This document shows positions 48,110-60,138 of a DNA stretch of 64,000 nt, piece after piece. The first letter of the stretch is position 1. Every line of letters starts with the position of its first letter. The stretch is taken from the NCBI GenBank assembly GCA_964036045.1, contig OZ038379.1, forward strand, positions 7,688,001 through 7,752,000. The letters are read 5' to 3'. The position numbers were made by a program, and so were the translations under genes. Source of the stretch: Eutreptiella sp. 'Long Island Sound 2002'. Taxonomy: Eukaryota; Protista; Euglenida. Below the pieces are notes generated by a model. That model was not told where the DNA came from, did no database searches, and was given only the letters and a program-made list of their open reading frames with translations.

Positions 48110-48720
48110 CGGCTCAAAAGGGGCTCAAAATGAGCTGTATCCATCTGTTTAGGCACCACAGCTAGACTTGGATCATTTTTGGAAAACCATGGTTTTGACC
48201 CGTTTTTGAGCCTTTGTGGTCCCAAATTGGCCCATTTTCAAGGTCCTTTTGGCCTTGAGAGGGGCCAAAATTGCCCAACATGGGCTCAAAATGGGCTCAT
48301 TCTACTAGTTTGTGCACCCCAAATAGTCCAAAAGTATCTTTAGAAAAACACAGATTTGATCCATTTTTGACTGATTTTTGGTCCCAAAAGAGCCCATTTT
48401 CAAGGCATTTTGTGACTTTGGAGTGGCCAAAATGGCTTGCAATGGGCTCAAAAAGGGCTCATTTCATTTGTTTGTGCACCCCAAATGGTCTAGGACCATT
48501 TTTGGAAGAACACATTTTTGACCCATTTTCAACCCATTTTTGGTTGCAAAACGGCCCATTTTGAAGGCATTTAGGGATTTTAGGAGGGCCAAAACGGGCC
48601 ACCACGAGCTCAAAACGCGCCAAAAACACTTGTTTTGGCATTCCATTTGGTCCACGATCATTTTTGAAAAGAAGTCATTTTTTTTCGCACCCGGTGGACC
48701 TTGTTGACCCATTTTGGCAC
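48110..48720. repeat. Tandem repeat, ~162-bp unit, ~3.7 copies
   Basis: G(G/A)GCTCAAAA at 48121, 48282, 48444 and 48606 (spacings 161, 162, 162). Confidence 0.85.
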
Positions 48721-50578
48721 CCACCTCTTTGGACTACCTCTTGCAGCTGGCCGCAGCCCAGCGGGCCTAGGTACGGGGGTCTAGGCGTCGGTTAGGGCAG
48801 TTTTGAGGGGTGGAAACCACCAAAAGTGGGTGGTTGCGGGTGGATTAGGTGCGCTCGATATCGCGTTTTGAGCCACGTAGCCCAAGATATGGTCTTTTTT
48901 TTGGTTTGGGGCTGTCAGCGGCCAATGTGCACAAATCCTGGGGCTTTTAAGGGCCGTTTGGGGGCGGTCTGCGGACATATTGTTGGATTTAGAGCCCCAG
49001 AGGGCCCTTCGGCACGGGGAAGTCTAGCTGCATGTGTAGAGTAGCCACTATTTCCCTTCATTTGGCCGTTTTCAGCAGGTTCTAGGGCGGTTTTGGGCAA
49101 AAAAAAAAAAGGCTGATTTTGGCCCTAAATTGCAGATTTTGAAATGGAGGTCCGGCACTTGCGACGCCCGTTCCCGGCTGCCACCGATGAGTTTTTGGCT
49201 CATACTTTTTGTGGTTGTCCCTCGAGCCCATTGGTAGCATCCATCAAAATTTTGGTCGAATCCGAAGCACCACGATGGAGTTGTGATTTTTGCCCATTTC
49301 GCGGGTGCTTGCTTGCTTGCTTGCTGCTTGCTAAACCTGTTAGGTCCACCCTGGACACTAAAGAGGGTTATAAACCAAGACTGATTCCACCAGCTCGGTG
49401 ACCCTAACCCTAACCCTCCTCTTTGCATTCAGACACAAATGTATGCTATAGCCGCGCATGCTTGGTACCACTCTCGTAGCAAGGGTGCCCCGCTTCTGGC
49501 AACTGTCATCACCCACAGCCCCAAATTCTACACCCTGCAGCCCCTGCTGGTACACCAGGAATTTTCATTTTTTAGTCTGATGCAACCCATGTCACCCACA
49601 GCGCCAAATTCTGCAGCGTGCAGAAAACCCACAGGGGCAGACCGGCGAAAAACTTGATGTATAGTGGCAGCTGTGAAGTGGTATGTTTTTGTGGTGCAGT
49701 CCCCCCCCAGACCCACAGCACCACATGCGACAGCAAACCCGATCTGCGGAAGAGGGAGGAAGGGACCTTGCACCCAGACCCCAGCCGAAGAACAATCGAC
49801 AGAGAACTCAATGAACACGAGATGGCACTCTGAACTGAGAGCAATGAAGACCGTGGTGGCAGGCGCGGTTGGAGCTAATTGCGGAGAAGCAAACCTGACC
49901 CATTGTGGCCCCCAGGGGGGACCTGCACTTTGTGACCGCTCCCCCCCCCCCTCCTAGGGGGGGAACCGGCCCGACAAAAGAAGGGAGATTGCAAGGGGTG
50001 TGGGGTAGAGGGGTGCACATGTGGGCTGCAGGATGCAGTGGGGATGCTTGGGTGTCCATAGTATTGCTGTTGTGCAGAGAGGGAGGACAGGCCGCAGAAG
50101 GTGGATTGTCCACTCATTGCTGCAGTGCGGACAGAGCTGTAGAGAGGTGATGTGTCCTAGCCAATGCTATGATTTATTTCAAAGAATGGGCGTTACACAC
50201 ACCTGCCCATGAGTGCTGTGTTACGATTACCATACCAGACGTGGTGGAGAACAACTTCCAAAACTTCACGGTACAGTAATGACTGAATTTAAAGCCTGCC
50301 ACCGCCGACAGGGGAGTGAACGCTCTGCGGGTCGGATCCTGCAGAGCAATCTGTGCGCGATGCGCGCGCTGCACACATTCTGTTTTGGGACTCACCCAAG
50401 TGGAGCAGTACTCCCTCCAGCGAGTGTGCCCAGTACATTGGAAGGACAGAACGGGTGGCGATGGATCCAACCAACCAAACTGCAGCACAACCGTGCAACA
50501 CCAACCAGAACGAGACCACAGAGACGATCCCGGGCCCATGGGCCGATTCGTGAACCCGCCCCCTTTCCGCAGGACAAA

Positions 50579-52234
50579 ATGTGGTTGTGGATTCTTCTTC
50601 TCGGGGTGTTTGTGCACTCCGAGGTGCTGGTCAACACCCTGATCGGCAAGGCCACACTGGACAACACCGGACCCGTGTTCTCCACTGCGCTCTCATCAGA
50701 CGGCCGCTACATCGCGTCAGGGGGTGCCGATGGCACCGTCCAGCTCTGGGATGCCCGAACCGGGGCCCTGTTGCACCGATTTGCTGGGCACACCGCGGCT
50801 GTTGATTCGGTGGCCTTCTCGCTGGACGGGCAGCAGGTCGTGTCCGGGAGTCGGGACGCGACACTGAAACTGTGGGACATCCCGAGCCGGAGCCTCCTCC
50901 ACAACTTCACTGACCACACGGACCGGGTCCTCACCGTTGCGTTTGCATTTGAGGGGCAGCATCTCATCTCCGGCAGTGCCGACCACACCCTGCGGCAGTG
51001 GGACGCCGCCACGGGGGATCTGATCCGGACCCTCGAAGGCCACACGGGCGCCGTCACCGGCGTTGCCTTTCTGGCCGTAGGGGCGGTGTTCGTCTCGGGC
51101 AGCGCGGACCAGACTGTCAGAGTCTGGGACGCAGGCGCGGGGACGCTGCTGCACACGTTGGAGGCGCACACGGGGCCCGTCCATGCGGTGGCGACCGCGG
51201 TGAACGGGCAGCAGGTCGTGTCGGGGGGCGCGGACGCGACGGTCGTGCAGTGGGACGGGATCGCCGGAACGCGCACGCGCACCTTCGCCGGGGACGCACC
51301 GGTGCTCGCCGTGGCCCTCTCCGCCGACGGCGCGCGGCTCTTTGCCGGGGACGCGGACGGCGCCATCCACGAGTGGGACGCCCGGACCGGGGCCCTGGTC
51401 CACACCTTCGCCGGTCACCGAGCGGGCGTGGCCTCCCTCGCGTTCTCGGACGACGTGCAGTGGGTTGTGTCCGCGAGCGCTAACGGCACCGTGAAGATGT
51501 GGAGCGTCGACGGGCGGGGGGGTTGGGCCGGCATCGGGGAGGGGGGTGGGTGGGGCGAGGATGCCGCCAGCCCTGGCCTGAGCCCGTCCGAGCCCCCAAG
51601 GCCGAGCCCGGGCGTGGGGCCCCCTGACGACGCGCCGGGCCTGTCCCCGGACGTGACTGCCGGTGGGGGTGCTCCTGGGGACGGGGCCGGCACGCACCCC
51701 GGCACCATTCTGTCCCCGTACGGCCCCGGGCATCTGCCCCGGGAGGAGTGCCGGGTCGGGGCGTGGTCGCCGTGGAGGGCCTGCAGCGCCCTCTGCGGCG
51801 GGGGCAACCAGAGCCGCACCCGGTCCCGCATCCTCCAGTCGCCCGCCGGGGCCACCGGGTGCCCCCCGCTGCTGGAGCTCCGGGTCTGCAACCCCTGGTC
51901 GTGCCCCCCGGAGTGCGCCGCGGGCGGCTGGTCGCCGTGGGGCGCGTGCTCGCTGCCGTGCGGCAACGGGACCCGCGTGCGCACGCGGACCCTGAACGAG
52001 ACGAACGGCACGGCGTGCCGCACCGCCGAGGAGGCCCAGGGCTGCAACAGCCACGACTGCGCCCCGCACCCCACCGCCGCCATCGTGATCGCCATGTCCT
52101 GCCTGTTCCTTGCCGTGCTGGTGGTGGTCCTGGTTTGGGTGTTCCGCCACCGGTGCGGTTGCAGTTGTATGCGCCCGCTGGAGGAGGAACCGCCCCAACT
52201 CGCCGGGATTCCTGTGGCCATTGCCGATGACTGA
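50579..52234 (+). CDS. Type-I membrane protein: signal peptide + 7 WD40 repeats + Gly/Pro linker + 2 TSP1 repeats + TM + short Cys/acidic tail (551 aa), intronless
   Basis: ATG 6 nt after ccctttccgcag. Begins MWLWILLLGVFVHS. Seven ~42-aa GH..WD repeats. TSP1 motifs WSPWRACSALCGGG..RTR and WSPWGACSLPCGNG..RTR. TM IVIAMSCLFLAVLVVVLVWVF. Tail RHRCGCSCMRPLEEEPPQLAGIPVAIADD. Confidence 0.9.
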   Translation: MWLWILLLGVFVHSEVLVNTLIGKATLDNTGPVFSTALSSDGRYIASGGADGTVQLWDARTGALLHRFAGHTAAVDSVAFSLDGQQVVSGSRDATLKLWDIPSRSLLHNFTDHTDRVLTVAFAFEGQHLISGSADHTLRQWDAATGDLIRTLEGHTGAVTGVAFLAVGAVFVSGSADQTVRVWDAGAGTLLHTLEAHTGPVHAVATAVNGQQVVSGGADATVVQWDGIAGTRTRTFAGDAPVLAVALSADGARLFAGDADGAIHEWDARTGALVHTFAGHRAGVASLAFSDDVQWVVSASANGTVKMWSVDGRGGWAGIGEGGGWGEDAASPGLSPSEPPRPSPGVGPPDDAPGLSPDVTAGGGAPGDGAGTHPGTILSPYGPGHLPREECRVGAWSPWRACSALCGGGNQSRTRSRILQSPAGATGCPPLLELRVCNPWSCPPECAAGGWSPWGACSLPCGNGTRVRTRTLNETNGTACRTAEEAQGCNSHDCAPHPTAAIVIAMSCLFLAVLVVVLVWVFRHRCGCSCMRPLEEEPPQLAGIPVAIADD

Positions 52235-55200
52235 GCAGGCGAAAGCGACGCCCCCACCCCTCTCTGTCCCTGGGTGATCCAGAACCCCCTGGCTCAGTGT
52301 TACATTCTCCACGTCATTTGTGGTGGTGAGCACCCTTCACCCTTCTCTGTCATGGGTCTGACTGAATGTGAAGCATCGCCGGCGCTGGCGTGAGAGGGCC
52401 GCCAAGGGGCAGGAGCTCCTGTGAGCAAGGGGACATGTGTCCTACTCTCACCTACGAAGAAATTGTTTCCCACCGGCTGTGGACAAACAATGTCGACAAT
52501 TTCCTCCGGAAGCCCAACCCCCCCTTCCCCCAAACTTGAATACTCTTGCAGTAAATGGGATTATTTTTATGCATACGCAACCTGAATGTTGTAGCATTGC
52601 AGCTGGATGCATTTGCTTTGTCTTGAAGTCATGGAGAGAGTACCCTCCACAGTGCGCACATGGTGTGTGTATTGGGGTCTGTAGTAGAACTGATTACAGT
52701 TTTTGTTTATCGTAGAAAGGACGAAGTTTGTCCTTCCTACCCTAGAAAGGGAACGATGGTCCTGGAAAGTTCGACATTTCGGAACGCCAGAAACCCCTAT
52801 ATGCGGCCTTGCTTTTTCGTGTTTTCTCTTTGAGCTTTCCAAGTTTGTTGTTTTGGTCTAACATTTTCCTCATAAACAAACGGTTCTTTGCAAGATACTA
52901 TGAAACCGGGGCGGCCACGCTCATATCTGGCTAAAATTCACAAGTTGCTTGTTGTTTCGTGCCGCTTTTGGTTGTTTCCTCCATTCCTTGGTTTGTTTTT
53001 GTTTCTCATATCCTTTCATCCTTGATTCCTTGTGTCTGTACTGTACACTTGTGCCGTTTCCTTTGCTACATGAAGGCTTGCTTACATTTGGTAATCACAA
53101 AAACAAAGCAAACATGTTTCTGCCCACCATGACAATGGAAGAACTAGGTTGTGATGTTCCATGAATGAAAGCAACAAGCACCCATAGAAGGCAGGACAGG
53201 CAGGGATTCAGGACAAAAGAATAGCTCACCAATAAAAAGCACCACAATGTCTTTTATCATTGGTCGACCCATTGTCATTCTCCTTCATCTACTGATAAAC
53301 TTTCAAACTCTGCACTGGTTTGATTGATCATCTTAACTTGATTTTTCGGGGCCTATTCCTTTTGTAAAAACTCCTCCTCGAATCCTCGTCGGACACGTGC
53401 TCAGCAACATTGACGCTCAGTGTCATTTGCAGAGCGTTTGGAAAGCCGTGACTTGTGGCATTTGTGACAGCGTTGTCCAACATCACATTGTAAATCATCG
53501 GATCTCAGCATTTGAGGAGCACATTCCAGTGCCAAGTGTCAGTGGTTGTTGCGCAAGGGGGAGCTGGGGAGTTTACGACTTTATTCAGCATTCAACAATG
53601 AGAAGCAACGGGAGGGGGGGGCGCCTTTGGGCTGTTCTGAAGAAGGCCGCAGGGGCTCACAATATGTGGTACCTCACAGGGCAGGGGCCCATAGTCCAAC
53701 CCAGTTTCCCCCCCTTTTTTTTGCTGGGCTGTGCTTTGACAGATCATTGTTTTCTTCTTCAGTTTGTCTTCTGATGTCTGCTGTTGAACCCACTGACGAG
53801 GGGACAACACAACCCAAGAGGAACAAGGAGACAACCAGGAGTACTGAGTACTGCAGACTGTTTGCAGTGGGAGTGGAAGCGGAAATGTGAGGAGGAGGAG
53901 TAGCAACATGACCTCCCATGAAATGATTCTGTTGTGTTTATCTTCGGAGGGTGTCGGGAGATGCATTCCTTTGGCTCTGGGTTTTGCCACCTTTTCAGCT
54001 TCTGGAAAATTTGGTTACCCCCCACCTGCGGCTTGAAGCATGCCGCAGCACAGCAAATGTTTCCTGGGGTCTGTTGGTGCTTGCCGGTGACCCTCACTTG
54101 GCTAACCCTCATCGAATCTGGCATTTCATGGGCTTTAAGAAGCATTTGTTCGTGCCCCCCCAAACTGGTTTACACGGGCTGTAGGCCGGGAGAGAGGGAT
54201 GGTTGGTGGGCATAGGCTTGAAGTCCCCTTGCTTCAACATCGCCGAGACGTCCGTGTGGACAGGACAGTACAGTCCACCTTCCTTCTTTGGCAACAATTG
54301 AGCCATTTGTTGGGCCACCTTTCTCATTGATCCAGACCCACCTGGAGCAAGGCTGGCCTTTGGGAATGTGATTCTTTTTTCTTTGTTCTCTCCAAAGGAC
54401 AGCTCAGGGCTGCAGCTGGCAGGACGTGCGTACCCAATGGGATGGCAGTTGGTGGTCAACCAATGGCAGCTGATGGCAACCAACTGTTGGACGGTGGCTG
54501 ACAGCAGTTCCTGATCGGCTGGTGCTCTGTGGACATCCAGGCTCACAGTGTTGTTGTTTCTTGTTGCAATTACGGACAGCTGTGGCCTGGGATAGTGGTG
54601 AAACTGGCAATCAGGGCACAGTCAGAGTATCAAGAGACCACCCTACTGCCCTGTTTGGAAGAGCTGCCTGTGCTCATCAGCATTGTGCTTGAGACTGCAG
54701 CAGCCCAGTCACGGGGGCTGCTCCCAGCCAGGACCCGACCCCAAGGGGGGGGGGGGGGGGCTCTACAGACCCCAAAATGGTTGTATGGAACAATGGCGTT
54801 TGTGGGTGCCAGAGGCGCCGGAGATTTCGTTTTAGGCATACGGCAGGGGGAAATTTTTTTTGTTTGACCCTATGTACCCCCAAAACGGTTGTGCACCCCT
54901 TGGGGTCACACATTGGCTGGCGGCAGCCCCCGTGAGCCCAGTTCCGTTTGACCCCGTGAAGGGGACACATGAACTGCTGTTCCACAGATGGACTAATGAC
55001 CAGCATTGCCTGTTGGCGGATTCAGTCGATCAGACCATTGCAAGGTACCAGCGGTCCTGCTTAGCATGCTTTGAAAATGGTTCTTTCCCACCAAACTACC
55101 CAAGTGTTCCAGGTTTGAGAGTTTCTGGAATAATATGCTTGTCGATTTCTGAGAGGAGTGCAAGTGGGTGGGAGTAGAGTTACCGTATACATGAGAGTTC

Positions 55201-55639
55201 AATGCCTGAAGCTGGAAAGAGACGCCATGTGGAATGTGCAGAGCTGAGACACAGAGCCTCTTCAAGGATGAGTTGCAAAGAATCATGGCCCCGCGGACAA
55301 AGGCTAGTATGGGTGTTGAGGCACGAGCCAGTGTACTGTTCACTCCGCTGATCCTAGACAGATAGGCACCGGATTCATCACTGACATTCCGAGAGGGCTC
55401 AAGACCGATCACTGTGTGAGCTGTGGCTGGACTTTGCAGGGCGTTGGTGTGTCTGAAGTTGATGTCATGTAGATGCAAACTATAAAACATACAAACCCCC
55501 CAAAATAGATTGAATCAATGTTTATCATTTCTTCATCGGGTGTTGCAGTATCACTGTGCGCTCCTTTCAAGGGTCCTGGGACTGCCGGGTCGTGGCCTTT
55601 TACCTGTCTCCTCTTATTATGGTTGGTCGCTCACTCTGC

Positions 55640-55656
55640 CTCTCTTTCTCTCTCTC

Positions 55657-55701
<45 letters not shown>

Positions 55702-55769
55702 AAGTGTGTTTGTTTGCTTGTCTGTTTGTTGACAACCATGTGTTTGTGTGAGTGCGCGTACCTGTGCAC

Positions 55770-55812
<43 letters not shown>
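55640..55812. repeat. (CT)n/(GT)n microsatellites
   Basis: CT tracts at 55640-55689 and 55771-55812, GT tract at 55690-55701. Confidence 0.97.
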
Positions 55813-55814
<2 letters not shown>

Positions 55815-56265
55815 GCTCGATGCGTGTGTGCACGTGTGCATGTGTGCATGACTGCGCATGTGCGTTGTTAAGCAGGGTCATCCTCAGTAGAGGTTGCATC
55901 CACACCATGTGCATACCATGTACAAGCCCCATGCAGCCCTGTGCTGTAACAATAGCATGCATTTTGAGCAATGTCCACACTTTCTGGCTTGTGTGTACAT
56001 GCAATGGTGCCGAGGCTATCACAACCTGGCCCTGCAGTGCATGGGCTTTGCAGCTGCCATTGTGTGTGGGTTGTTCAGGTCTGTGTGTGTGTGTGTGTGT
56101 GTGTGTGCAGAAAGGTGCCTAGCCAACATGCTTTTCCACTCCCTCTTCTACTGAGCCATTTGGCCTGACGAGATTCGTTAGCGACCAGTGCTGTGCTCTG
56201 TCTATTACGCCTATTCGTCTCGCTTCAATCGTGTGTGTATGTGTTTGTGCATGTCCATGTAGCTG

Positions 56266-56282
56266 CACACACACACACACAC

Positions 56283-56379
<97 letters not shown>
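56266..56379. repeat. (CA)n followed by (GA)~47 microsatellite
   Basis: Directly visible. Confidence 0.98.
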
Positions 56380-56380
<1 letters not shown>

Positions 56381-59300
56381 AAAAGAGGCAAGAGGGAGAA
56401 GGCGGCCATCCCTCCCAAACCCGCTTAGAAAGGCACAATCGAGGTCAGTACTGATTAACTGCATGTCCCCACCTTTAGACAATTTCAGCCATTAGTTCTC
56501 AGAGTCACGAAGTGTAAGCACACTGGTGTGAGCAGTTATGGCGGAATGAGTGTTCGCATCATGTTGCTGGAGGCAGATGCATGAGCAGATTGTAGGCAGA
56601 GAGTATATGGCCGAGCTATCATCACATCACGCCCACCTGAGGGCATGGCCCTGCCATGCATACAGGACCCAAAATACACCACCAATCACTCATATTGATG
56701 GAGCATCATAGTGCATCACGTGTGCTTGACACAGCCACAGAGTCTGAAGCACAGCTCAAACTGCAAGGCTCACAAAGACGGGCTGCAAACCATTCATTTG
56801 TGCTCGCCCCGCTGCTGGGACATCAAACCATCTCAAGACCAGTTCAGCTGCCGGATCTCCCTGTTTCATGGATAGGCAAAATCACTTGATGTTGCCCCTA
56901 CCTAAAGAAAGGGGACGGAGAGGTTGCAAAGAGGTAATAAAAATGCCCCACTTGTGGTTCCTCGCCCCCATGTAAGGGCTGAAACTGTCTATGGCGGGGA
57001 CATTCAGTCAATCGTTACCAACCATTGATTCCCCTTCATTTTGATGACCACCCAAAAAGGAACAGTAAGGGCATGTTCACTTTGTTTGTGCGGCATGCCC
57101 CCTTATCACACGGAGTTTCTGGGAGGACCCAACATCCTTGGGAAGCGGGGGGGGGGGGGGTTGTTCTGTCATTTCCCTTTACTTTTGGGACCTTTTTTCA
57201 AAATGCCTGAGTGTACTGCTCAACCTGATGTACAGGGACAGGAGATCATTTTAAGGAGCAGTAGTCCATTGGTTAGATACTTATGGCCTTCACGAGGGGC
57301 CGGCCGCCGCTGGACCGCTGCTCAACCTGATGTACCATGCCACGGTACAGCACACAGTTAGGACACATGCGGGCCCCAGCCCTCCACCTAAGCGCGCACG
57401 AACATCCTAACCGAATACACATACATAATCACAATCACGCGGAACATACTGAATGCCCACTCACAGCGTACCAAACAGCACTGCATGGCATAATTGACAC
57501 GTTTGGGACTGGGTTGTTGATGGCGTTGATGGCGTGGCTGTTTCTGGACAGTGTTTCTCCGCAGTGTCAGATGAAGAGGGCTCCGCAGCACCTTTCTGTA
57601 AGGAGGTATTCCTGCCCCAAAAGATGCCACATGATCCTGGAATAAACCAGCATGCAAATAGGGAGTATTCTGGGGGAAGTCTCCATCCGTGTTTGGACCT
57701 TTGTACTGAAGCAATAAAGAAAACCCCTTTCCCCAAGTGCTTCACTGTAATATTACCGACAGGTTGTACCCCCTCATGACCTGGGAGGGTACATGCGGTC
57801 TTCAGTCTGCAAGGAACAGCCACATGTTGATCCTGCTTACGCCTTTTGAGTGGTCAAACTGGAGCAGCAGTTGAATATTGACGGGTGCAAAGGTGCATGC
57901 GAATGTTGTGTCTATAGGTGTATAGTATCTGACCTTCATAACATGCGAGTGAAAGCGGGGGGGGGGGGCGCTAGAGGGTGTAGTATGCGGTGGAGGGGAA
58001 TGTATTCTCTGGTGTTGTCTGGCCCTTGGCCTCCAATTCGCCCCCCACCCCCGTGTTCTAACATGGGCTTGTCCCAACACGGCACCCCTGTGTTTCTGTA
58101 CTTTTGGGCCTTTTTTTTGGAACCCTTGTTTTTGCGGTTCCAATTCAATAGAGAATATGGGTTGCAGCTAGAACTGGAATGTTGTTGTAGCTGTGATTCC
58201 ATGTGCTCTTGTGTCTTGGGGTGTCTGCTGGCCTGTTGGACACCGTTTTGTAGTCATGAACTGTTCTCTTCACTGCTGCACTGCCTGTCACATACCAGCG
58301 GTACACGAACAATGAGTTTCTGCCTGCTTGCATTTTGAGCTCTTCAAAATGAGGCGCAAGGTTGGCAAGGAGCTGTTGTTGGTGCCTGTCAATCAGAATG
58401 CAAGCAACTGAGTGGTACCTGAGTTGTGAACAGAAATGCTTTGCATCGTCATGTTTTGAGTGGTAGGGTTGGCTTATGTCTACAGCATGTGTTCCGTGGC
58501 ACTTGCCGCGCGGTTACACGGGCTTGTCCAAACACGGCTACCCTGTGTTTTTGCACGTTTGCCCCCTGAACCAGAACCTGGCCCATGTTAGATCAACAGG
58601 GGGGGGTATTTGAATTTGCCCTGACGATGCGAAGTCTGCTTCTGTGCATTCGAACCCAGCACTGTGTCTGCACTGAGAATCATTGTGAAATATGAGAGTG
58701 AATGACATAACTGTGTGATGATGTACGGCATTGCTCTGTGCACACGGTGTGACAGGTATTGCGTGTTCTGTATTGACTAGGTACCCCCTGCCCTTGAAAT
58801 CCCGGGGGGGGGGTCACTTTGACTTTTCTTCTTATAACAGGTGGTTGGGAATGCCATACACGCAGTGCAAAGTTTTGTATGTCGGCAAATACACCAACCC
58901 TAGTTTTGGCCCCTTGGGGGAGCACCTGACGCGGCACGTGCGCAACGTGGAGATTCAGCATTCTGGCCCACCCAAGCATTCACAGTTCCTACCCCGAGGC
59001 CCCCTCGTCTGGGGATTTCGGGCCCGATCTGTGATACTCTTGAGTAAGAAATGTCGTTTGTTGCTGTCCATTGAACATCCACGCTAGATTGGGCAAGACG
59101 AGGCACGTAAGAAATGTCGTTTGTTGCTCTTTAAAGATCCTACCCTCGAAGCTTAGCCCCGGCACGAGGTAGCGGTTGGTAACAAGATGCGAATAGATTT
59201 GTGAAGGGTAGTCCCATTGCCCCTCCAAATATTGCGATAGCCGTGGTACCCGCGGGATCATAACAGCAATGTACAGCACGGAAACGAGCGCCGGGTCTGA

Positions 59301-60082
59301 CAATATCGCAGCCCAACGACAAGTTTCACCACACACTATCTTGTTGTACCTCACTCAGTTTTGTATTCGGCGCCACGTTCGCTACCCCTCGTATGGCCCT
59401 TGGGCCCATGAGAGTACGTTAGCGCGCCGGGCAAAATTTTCCCACGCTTTGGTGTGGCCCCTGGAGTTGGGGTTAAGGACCACCACTCTTTGCTGTGGCC
59501 ACTCGAGTGGTCCGTCATGCACAAGAGGAGGATTCTTTGATTTTGAGGTGGGTGGCCATGATGGGGCCTACAAGGGTAGGGTGCCTGTGGTCATCCCATT
59601 TGTTGGGCGAAAAAATGGGAAGTTGTTTGATTGCCAACAGTCATACGATGTGCTTGTGTTTAGGGTTCTCGGGCTAGAGGAGGGGGTGATGTTTTGGGGG
59701 TAAAGCATTGTGATAGATGGCCGGAACATTCATTTGTGTGCCAGGCGCGCCGGGCAAACGTACCCTCCATGGGCCCCCTCATGTGTTGGTTGTTATCGTG
59801 TGGGCTTTGCTGCTTTGCTGTGCTAGCAGACAAGTGGCAAGTGATCTTGGGTGAGTTTCCCGGTAGGTGCACACATTGCCCACACAATGCGCACGCAGTG
59901 CAACAACTTGGCCGCTGTGTTGTGCTCTCATCCTGGGGGGGCCGACTCCGCGGGTCCCAGGACGCTGACTACCCCCCCCCCCCTCCGCCCGAGGCCCCTC
60001 CGGCCAACAGTTAGTTGCCAAAGGTGCTAGCCTTATGGGTCCGTGGGCGTTTTTGTCCACTTTCCGCCCCAACGCTATCTTT

Positions 60083-60138
60083 AAACCCAACCCCGACCCT
60101 AACACCCACCCCAACCCTTAGCCTAGCCTTAGCGCTAA
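60083..60138. repeat. Degenerate (CCCTAA)n-like hexamer tract
   Basis: aaacccaaccccgaccctaacacccaccccaacccttagcctagccttagc shows a 6-bp period. Confidence 0.5.

Noticed and set aside
50213-50578. 122-aa in-frame N-terminal extension of the WD40 ORF
   Set aside because: It starts at a non-ATG codon, has non-coding-like composition, and lies upstream of an AG acceptor at 50571-50572 and a clear signal peptide at 50579.
50717-52333. 538-aa minus-strand ORF (and 51415-52257)
   Set aside because: Antisense shadow of the very GC-rich WD40-TSP1 gene, with no recognisable motifs.
54109-55490. Minus-strand ORFs (54109-54546, 54993-55490) as possible exons
   Set aside because: No recognisable motifs, and I could not build a consistent splice model. 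Not excluded, but unsupported.
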